Both the position numbers and the translations under genes were made by a program. Positions 57,512 through 64,000 of a DNA stretch of 64,000 nt are shown piece by piece; the first letter of the stretch is position 1; each line of letters begins with the position of its first letter. Source of the DNA: an uncultured Bacilli bacterium (GTDB lineage: Bacteria; Bacillota_I; Bacilli_A; RF39; UBA660). The stretch lies in assembly GCA_910587745.1 (NCBI GenBank), contig CAJUNE010000002.1:2097-66096 (forward strand), given 5' to 3'. The notes under the pieces are model-generated. The model did not search any database and was not told the origin of the DNA. It was given only the letters and a program-made list of their open reading frames with translations.

Positions 57512-58708
57512 TTAATATAAATATGTTTCTGGGATGTATAATACTTCTCCTACTTTGATTTGATTCTTATCCTTTATTTTATTTATTAATACTAATTCAA
57601 ATACTGAAGTATGATAATCATTTGCTATTAATGATAAGGTATCACCTTTTTTTACAATATACTTTATTAAATGATTATTATTAGTAGGTTTTATTTCTAA
57701 TCTTTCATTTGGATAAATTAAATTGGGATTTTTTATATCATTCCAACTAACTAAATTACTTATTGTTACATGAAAAATACCTGCTATTCTTGTTAATGTG
57801 TCACCTATTTTTACAATATAATTGTCATTATTTCCACTTTTTATAACTTGTTTTTCTATGTCAGTATTTATTTTTATTACTTCATTTGGAAATATTAGAT
57901 TTGGATTTTTTATATTATTTTCTATTACTAAATCATTAATTGTTACATTGTATCGTTTGGCTATATGATATAGTGTATCACCAAATTTAACTCGATAATA
58001 TATTGTTTTCTTTTTTTCTTCTGGTTTTAATTCTGGTTCTTTTATAGCACTACTATCTCCTAAATATATTTCATTTTTAAAAATATCTCTATCGACATAA
58101 CCATTGATACCAGGAATATCCCCTTTATCTGTGTATTGCCAACCAATATAATTCTTTGCCTCAGGTTCCCTAACTCCATATTCCGCTAACCATAAAGGGT
58201 ATTCTTCAAATAATGATTCTTCAAAAGTATATTTGGCATTGTAAGCATCACTATATATTACTAATTCTTTTTCAGTTAGCCTTTTTAATTCTTCTAAAAA
58301 TGCTTTTGCTATACTATTTATTTCTTCTTTTGTTAAACCTCTAAAAGTTTCAAAATCCATTGCTAATCGACAATCTGCTTCTTTTCCTTTGATAACTGTT
58401 GCAAAAAATCTGGCTTGTTCTTGCGCCTCTTCTATGTTTCTTGCAGTTACATAATGATAAAATCCTATTTTTAAATTGTTTTCTTTCGCTTTTTGGTAGT
58501 TTTCTTCAAATTTAGTATCAATGTATGAATGACTGGCACTACTTCTTATATATACTATTTCTATTCCATAATCTTTTACTTCTTGAAAGTTAATATTACC
58601 TTGGAATTCACTGACATCTATTCCTTCAATTGCTTTTGCTTTTTGTGTAAAGGTTAAAAATGCTAATAAAGATATAATTACTATACTAATTCTTTTAATA
58701 AAAAACAC
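57512..58708 (-). CDS. GH25 lysozyme with three C-terminal LysM domains
   Basis: GIDVSEFQG...IVYIRSS...GFYHY is GH25-like. Three repeats follow with the pattern Y.VK.GDTL..IA....V....L...N.I.N. Confidence 0.9.
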   Translation of the reverse strand: MFFIKRISIVIISLLAFLTFTQKAKAIEGIDVSEFQGNINFQEVKDYGIEIVYIRSSASHSYIDTKFEENYQKAKENNLKIGFYHYVTARNIEEAQEQARFFATVIKGKEADCRLAMDFETFRGLTKEEINSIAKAFLEELKRLTEKELVIYSDAYNAKYTFEESLFEEYPLWLAEYGVREPEAKNYIGWQYTDKGDIPGINGYVDRDIFKNEIYLGDSSAIKEPELKPEEKKKTIYYRVKFGDTLYHIAKRYNVTINDLVIENNIKNPNLIFPNEVIKINTDIEKQVIKSGNNDNYIVKIGDTLTRIAGIFHVTISNLVSWNDIKNPNLIYPNERLEIKPTNNNHLIKYIVKKGDTLSLIANDYHTSVFELVLINKIKDKNQIKVGEVLYIPETYLY

Positions 58709-58756
58709 CTCCTAATATAATATATTAAGCGGTGCTTTTAATGACTTTGCTATTGA

Positions 58757-59512
58757 CTATTTTCTTAATCTTTCTAAGGTTAAAAACGAGTCTAATTCGT
58801 GATTAAATTCACTTTTTGTAACTTGTAATCCTAATCTTAATTTTTGTTCTAATGAATATAATTTTTTAATTTCTTCTAATGCTTTTCTAGAAAATTTAAA
58901 GTATGAATCGATAAATGCTTCTTGTATATACTTTTCAGTAGGGGAACTTTTTAGATTTTTAGGATAACCTGAATGCAGTTCTTGTTTTATTCTTCTAAAA
59001 TATTCTAATTCGTGATTGTTATGACTTATAACTCCTACTGACATCATTTGTAATAATGAATCTATTTCAGCCATTCGCTCTGTTGGACATATAAAATTAT
59101 TTTTTAAATAATAAGCTTCATCTTTTAATGAAAGTATACAAGCTCTAATTATATTACATTCTAAATCTTCTCTATCACTATTTGCGATTGAATTTTGGTC
59201 TCCATGACATACTTCATGTAATAAAGTTTGCATAATTTCTTCATTTTTTCTATAATAATTGTTTTCTCCAAATATTTTACTTAATACTTGGTAAATATAA
59301 TCTAAATATACTTTTATTATTTTATCTTCATAGTGATATGTAGCTAAAGTACGGGGTTTTCCTTTAGGCAATATTATGATGTCTTTTATGTAAGGTGCAA
59401 GTCTTTTATTTCCTTGAATACTTGTACTTGCTATGTCTTCTAATGCTTTTTTATCTAATAATCTTTGATTACTAGAATATGTATCTAATATGGTTGCAAA
59501 CTTTTGATACAT
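58757..59512 (-). CDS. hypothetical protein with a HExxH (zincin-like) motif
   Basis: LLHEVCHGDQ. No signal peptide seen. Confidence 0.45.
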   Translation of the reverse strand: MYQKFATILDTYSSNQRLLDKKALEDIASTSIQGNKRLAPYIKDIIILPKGKPRTLATYHYEDKIIKVYLDYIYQVLSKIFGENNYYRKNEEIMQTLLHEVCHGDQNSIANSDREDLECNIIRACILSLKDEAYYLKNNFICPTERMAEIDSLLQMMSVGVISHNNHELEYFRRIKQELHSGYPKNLKSSPTEKYIQEAFIDSYFKFSRKALEEIKKLYSLEQKLRLGLQVTKSEFNHELDSFLTLERLRK

Positions 59513-59549
59513 AAAAAAACATCCCCTAACTTGTAGGATGTTATTATAC

Positions 59550-60629
59550 TTATTTTTCTTCTTTTTGTAAAGTTTTTTCTTTTTGTTCTTCCTTTTTTAC
59601 TTTATGAGTATGTTTTAAACCTCTTAGTGTTGTATATAATTTTTTACTAGTTTTAAATAAACGATATTTTAAAGGCTTAATCTCTAAATTAACTTCTCCT
59701 ATAAGTTCAACTAGCTCAGTACCAAAGCCACTTTTAAATCTATATAATCCATCTGGTTTGCCATCTTTAAATGAGAATCCTTTAAAATCATATAGAATAG
59801 AATTATTTTTCATTGCTATTTTTATCGCTTCCCATTGTAATAAATATGTTGACATTACATTACGATGGATATTACTACTTGCTCCATATAAATACCAAGT
59901 TTTATTACCATATGTAAGTGGCATTATTCCAGCGATTGGTGTAGATTCATAATAGGCGATTAATATTGTTAAACCATCAAAATAATTAAATAATTCTTTA
60001 TAATACTCAATTGGTCTTATTATAAATCCATCTCTATTTCCTGTGGTTTTTAATAATTCATAAAATTCTTCTATTCCATCTTTGCCTAATTCCTTTATTT
60101 CTACACCTTTTTTTATTGATAAACGAATGTTGTATCTGGTTTTAGAAGCAAAGCTTTCAAATATTTCTTCTTCAGTTCGATTCTTTAAATTTAGTCTTAA
60201 ATTGTGTCTTGCTTGTATCTCATCTCTAAAACTTTTACTATTACTCTTTATTTTATATCCTAATTTTTTAGCGATGACTTTAAATTCTTTATCATCTACT
60301 CTGATATCTGGTTCCATTAAAACTACAAATGCTTTTACTTTCTTAGCTAATTCTTTTAACTTAATTGTTAATTCTTCTAATAATTCTTCACTATGTATGT
60401 CTCCTATAGGTCCTCGTGGTACATACATTATATTTCCAAATATAGGCATTTTTCTAATTAATACGTTAATAGCTAATTTTATGTTTTTATCTTTTTTAAT
60501 GATTATTTGTTCATTAGTCCAATAGGTCTTAATTTTGTTCCAAGCTAAACTTTGTTCAAAATCACACATTTCATCGTTTTGGATAAATGTTTCATATTCT
60601 TCTTGGATGTCTATTTTCTTTTCTTTCAT
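59550..60629 (-). CDS. FemAB-family peptidoglycan bridge-forming aminoacyltransferase (FemX/MurM-like)
   Basis: The typical N-terminal FxQS..W...K motif (FEQSLAWNKIK), RYNIRLSIKKG, and LYRFKSGFG. Confidence 0.85.
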   Translation of the reverse strand: MKEKKIDIQEEYETFIQNDEMCDFEQSLAWNKIKTYWTNEQIIIKKDKNIKLAINVLIRKMPIFGNIMYVPRGPIGDIHSEELLEELTIKLKELAKKVKAFVVLMEPDIRVDDKEFKVIAKKLGYKIKSNSKSFRDEIQARHNLRLNLKNRTEEEIFESFASKTRYNIRLSIKKGVEIKELGKDGIEEFYELLKTTGNRDGFIIRPIEYYKELFNYFDGLTILIAYYESTPIAGIMPLTYGNKTWYLYGASSNIHRNVMSTYLLQWEAIKIAMKNNSILYDFKGFSFKDGKPDGLYRFKSGFGTELVELIGEVNLEIKPLKYRLFKTSKKLYTTLRGLKHTHKVKKEEQKEKTLQKEEK

Positions 60630-60658
60630 CTTAAACTTCCTTCTTTACTTCTTTTTAT

Positions 60659-61261
60659 CTATTCTTGTTCTTTTTTATTTTTTATTAATGTTTCTACTAA
60701 ATAATTAGTTAAATTATCATTTCTAGCTAGTATGGGACCAATTATCGAAGTTGCATAAAAGTTATTTTTCTTATAGCCTTCCATACAAGTTTCATTGTTA
60801 CCATAGCCTTTTTCTAAACTAAATAAGATATTTTTAGTGGTTTTTATTAAATATTCGGTATTTTGAAACCCATAAATCTTACCATTATATAATGATGTTG
60901 TTCCTTCAATATCGGATACTCTTCTTTTATCGTAATATTCAATTTCATATAATCTTAATAATTCTAATATAGCAATACTGTTACCAGTTGCTAGTAATAC
61001 CTTATCTTTATTAATATAATCCTTAATATCTTTTTTATACGGCTCTAACCTCTCTTTTATTTCTTCTAAAAATTCAGGCCTACCACTTCCTATATATACA
61101 AAATCATAGGCTTTAATATCAAAGCTATCTTCTTTATTTATACAAGTTACTTCTACTTCAATTCCTTTTTGTTCTAATGCATATTTTAAAGCTTTTAAAT
61201 TACCATTTTCACCATATAATGTTAGTTCATATGGATATAAATGTCCGATCTTTATTTTCAT
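60659..61261 (-). CDS. gatD: GatD-like (CobQ-type glutaminase) subunit of lipid II isoglutaminyl synthase, catalytic residues apparently replaced
   Basis: It overlaps the murT stop and aligns along its length with my recollection of S. aureus GatD (YIGSG, GFQN, GPILARN). The Cys position reads ATGNS (Thr92) and the His position reads SIIGP (Ile174). Confidence 0.7.
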   Translation of the reverse strand: MKIKIGHLYPYELTLYGENGNLKALKYALEQKGIEVEVTCINKEDSFDIKAYDFVYIGSGRPEFLEEIKERLEPYKKDIKDYINKDKVLLATGNSIAILELLRLYEIEYYDKRRVSDIEGTTSLYNGKIYGFQNTEYLIKTTKNILFSLEKGYGNNETCMEGYKKNNFYATSIIGPILARNDNLTNYLVETLIKNKKEQE

Positions 61262-62577
61262 AGCTCCTCCTTAAATGTTTCATTAAATGGGTCTATATAA
61301 TCAAAGTTTAAGATACCATATACATATTTTACTTCATCTTTATTAACCATATCTTTAATTTCTGGTATAGATTCTGCCATGATTATTTTATCTTCTGGTA
61401 TGCCTGCTAGAACTAATCTTTTCTTAATATTTTCAGCATCAATTCCTACAGCATATACTTTATTTAAAGAATCACTATTTAATAATTCAAACTCTATATC
61501 ATATAACCAGGAAACATCAAAATGTGCATATCGACGTGATATTTCTTTCCAACCAATAATTATATCTTTCTTTTCTTTATTCATTATTGTTTTAAAGATT
61601 ACACCATTATATGTTGTAGCATTCTCAGCCTTACATGACATAGGAAAGTATACTTTATTATTTTTTTCATAACTATACGTACTATAATCATTAAATTTAT
61701 TGATGGATTTTATTATTTTATCTTCATCTAAACCTACATCTTTTAGAGTTGTAAAACTAGCAAGAGTATTATAAGCGTGATATAAAAAGTTGCCACCTAT
61801 ATTTAATTTATTGTCATTAATCTCTAGAGTTTCATTTTCTAAATCTAAATTACTTCCTATAACTTTAGCATTTTCATTTTTAAAATCACATTTTGTACAT
61901 TTATATTTGCCTAAAGTTTCAAAATTGTAATATTCATATTCTAGCTTTCCTTTACAATAAGGACAATAATATGTATTTAAGTTCTCAAATATTTGGTTCT
62001 TGTAACTATATTTATTTTTTTCTAAACTAAAATATATCATCTCATTTTTAGTATCTCGCTCAAAACTTCTTAAATATGGTTCATCGATATTTGTTACTAT
62101 TTTAGAGTTTGGAGTTATTCCTTTTAAAATATCTTTATATACATTGTCAATATGATGTTGGCGTGGTGGTTGATCTTTGGTTAAATTCGTTATAACAATA
62201 TGCGTTGGACGTAAATTTGGAAACATTTCTTTCGTGTCTCTTTCATCTATTTCGATAACAAGAACATCTGCTTTAATTTTGCCAGTTAAACTACTTTTGC
62301 GTAAAAAACTAGTAGTACAACCCCATGTTAAGTTAGAACCCATATCATTATAACTAACTTTATAACCATTATCTTTTAACACTTTGGCAATTAAACTAGA
62401 CGTACTTCCCTTACCTGATGATCCTGTAACTGCGATTCTTATTTCAGGATATTTTAATTTACTTAAAAGGTTTTTATCTATTTTTAAAGCTAACTTCCCT
62501 GGTAGTGAAGAACCACGCTGCATTATATTTCCTGCGATTATAATTAATTTCCCTGTTAATATGGCTAAGAATTTCAT
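61258..62577 (-). CDS. murT: lipid II isoglutaminyl synthase MurT (Mur ligase family with Cys4 ribbon and DUF1727 C-terminus)
   Basis: TGSSGKGST P-loop and CPYCKGKL...CTKC zinc ribbon. The C-terminal domain is followed by the gatD-like gene. Confidence 0.85.
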   Translation of the reverse strand: MKFLAILTGKLIIIAGNIMQRGSSLPGKLALKIDKNLLSKLKYPEIRIAVTGSSGKGSTSSLIAKVLKDNGYKVSYNDMGSNLTWGCTTSFLRKSSLTGKIKADVLVIEIDERDTKEMFPNLRPTHIVITNLTKDQPPRQHHIDNVYKDILKGITPNSKIVTNIDEPYLRSFERDTKNEMIYFSLEKNKYSYKNQIFENLNTYYCPYCKGKLEYEYYNFETLGKYKCTKCDFKNENAKVIGSNLDLENETLEINDNKLNIGGNFLYHAYNTLASFTTLKDVGLDEDKIIKSINKFNDYSTYSYEKNNKVYFPMSCKAENATTYNGVIFKTIMNKEKKDIIIGWKEISRRYAHFDVSWLYDIEFELLNSDSLNKVYAVGIDAENIKKRLVLAGIPEDKIIMAESIPEIKDMVNKDEVKYVYGILNFDYIDPFNETFKEEL

Positions 62578-62954
62578 AGAAACCTCTTTATACTTTCTAA
62601 TGTATTATTTAGTGGTATGGTATTCCAACCTTTTAATTCGTCTAAATATGGTTCATATATATCTTGTAATAAAAATATTTTCTTTTTAAAATAAAAGGCA
62701 AAAGCTATTTCAGCGAATGAATTTGGTCCAATATAATTTTTTAATTCACCTTTATCACAATTTACTACTAAGATAGCGTCCGTATCTTTATTTTGGATAC
62801 GATTAAAATGCGCTCTAGATGCTATTTCTTTAGGAAGGCCCTCCATACATTCTTTTGGCAATTCTGTTTTAAACCCTAAGTTTTCTAATTTGTCACTTAT
62901 TTCTAGAATCTTATCTTTAAATTTCATGCTTCCACATATTACTATTGTTTTCAT
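62574..62954 (-). CDS. small nucleoside 2-deoxyribosyltransferase-like (Rossmann/flavodoxin-like) protein
   Basis: MKTIVICGSMKF start and GPNSFAEIAFAF, resembling the G..(F)E.G.A motif of NDT/Rcl-like proteins. It overlaps the murT start by 4 nt. Confidence 0.45.
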   Translation of the reverse strand: MKTIVICGSMKFKDKILEISDKLENLGFKTELPKECMEGLPKEIASRAHFNRIQNKDTDAILVVNCDKGELKNYIGPNSFAEIAFAFYFKKKIFLLQDIYEPYLDELKGWNTIPLNNTLESIKRFL

Positions 62955-63061
62955 AAAGTCACCTTATATTTATTTTATCATACACTAAGTAATTTTTAAA
63001 TCTAAATTGACATATTATAGGTTTTATAGTACTATTTTTTTAAAGGTAGGTGTAATAACAC

Positions 63062-64000
63062 ATGTGTGGAATTGTTGGTTATACAGGTAAACAAAAAGCT
63101 TATCCCATTTTAATTAATGGACTTAAAGCTTTAGAATACAGAGGTTATGATTCAGCTGGTATTGCTTTATTTGAAAGTGGAAAATTAAAAATATCTAAAG
63201 AAAAAGGTCGAGTTAAAAACTTGGATGATAATTCAGATTTAAAGTCAAGTAATAGCTCTATTGGTATCGCTCATACTCGTTGGGCTACTCATGGTGTCCC
63301 AAGTAGTGATAATGCTCATCCTCATTTGGATAATAGTGGCAATTTTGCGGTAGTCCATAATGGAATTATTGAAAATTATTTAGAATTAAAAGAGTTTTTA
63401 TCTAAAAATGGTTATAAATTTAAAAGTGAAACAGATACTGAAGTTATTCCTAATCTAATTCATTATTATTATGAAAAAGAAAAAGATTTTTTACAAGCTT
63501 TTAATAGAACTATCAAAGATTTAAAAGGAAGTTATGCAATACTTGTTTTATCTCCTTTATTTGATGGTATTTATGTTGCTAAAATGAATAGTCCTTTAGT
63601 TATTGGTGAAGGAGAAGATGAAAACTTTATTGCTTCTGATATTCCTGCTGTCCTTGAATATACTAAAAATTTTTATTTTTTAAATGATGGAGATTTGGCT
63701 TATATTACAAATAATAGCCTAGTCTTTTATAATAATGACTTAAAAGAAGTGAATATTCCTAAAAAAGTAATTGATTGGGATAAGAATGCTGCGGATAAAA
63801 ATGGCTATGAAGACTTTATGCTTAAAGAAATTTTTGAACAACCTCGTGCGATAAATGAAACTTTAGCTGGTAGAATTATATTGGAAGATAAATGTAATTT
63901 CTTGGATATTAATATAGATAGTAAATATTTAAAAAATGTTAATAAAATTTATATTGTGGCTTGCGGAACAGCTATGCATGCTGGAAGAGTTGGTAAAACT
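63062..64000 (+). CDS. glmS: glutamine--fructose-6-phosphate aminotransferase, 3'-truncated by the window edge
   Basis: MCGIVGY N-terminal nucleophile, RGYDSAGIA, HTRWATHG. The frame is open to the end of the window. Confidence 0.95.
   Translation, partial: MCGIVGYTGKQKAYPILINGLKALEYRGYDSAGIALFESGKLKISKEKGRVKNLDDNSDLKSSNSSIGIAHTRWATHGVPSSDNAHPHLDNSGNFAVVHNGIIENYLELKEFLSKNGYKFKSETDTEVIPNLIHYYYEKEKDFLQAFNRTIKDLKGSYAILVLSPLFDGIYVAKMNSPLVIGEGEDENFIASDIPAVLEYTKNFYFLNDGDLAYITNNSLVFYNNDLKEVNIPKKVIDWDKNAADKNGYEDFMLKEIFEQPRAINETLAGRIILEDKCNFLDINIDSKYLKNVNKIYIVACGTAMHAGRVGKT

Noticed and set aside
62955-63061. An expected glmS ribozyme upstream of glmS.
   Set aside because: The spacer is only about 107 nt and AT-rich, with a good promoter (TTGACA, 17 nt, TACTAT) and no ribozyme core sequences. 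The absence is noted but not treated as a finding.

Overview
Low-GC (about 27-30 % G+C by eye) Firmicutes-type chromosomal segment. Most genes are on the minus strand and look like core, origin-proximal genes: ychF, DUF951, mscS, parB/spo0J and parA/soj. Other recognisable genes are leuS, recG, trxB, lgt, uvrB, a murT/gatD/femX cell-wall cluster and the 5' part of glmS. There are also several peptidoglycan hydrolases and surface proteins (including a 1630-aa NPCBM/discoidin protein) and a hybrid histidine-kinase phosphorelay. I saw no rRNA, tRNA, CRISPR array, transposase or integrase. The unusual content is mostly non-coding or at domain level. (1) A retron-type reverse transcriptase with a plausible msr/msd sits between ychF and an AbgT transporter, with no effector gene beside it. 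(2) Two diverged, inverted paralogs of a roughly 270-300 nt structured RNA locus (7051-7345 minus, 44860-45197 plus) share a promoter, a GC-rich closing helix, compensatory helix changes and a very conserved 3' tail. One copy sits at the head of the retron operon and the other is solitary. I could not assign them to a known RNA family. (3) A candidate type I toxin-antitoxin module lies at 47198-47452. Its promoter and upstream repeats are duplicated in front of a DUF1016 nuclease gene at 3011-3095. (4) A rare GGGGTTTTG / CAAAACCCC motif is shared by four RNA-like loci. (5) LeuRS carries an inserted domain with a perfect Nudix box. (6) The GatD partner of MurT lacks the catalytic Cys and His. 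All function calls come from motif recognition by eye; no database search was run.
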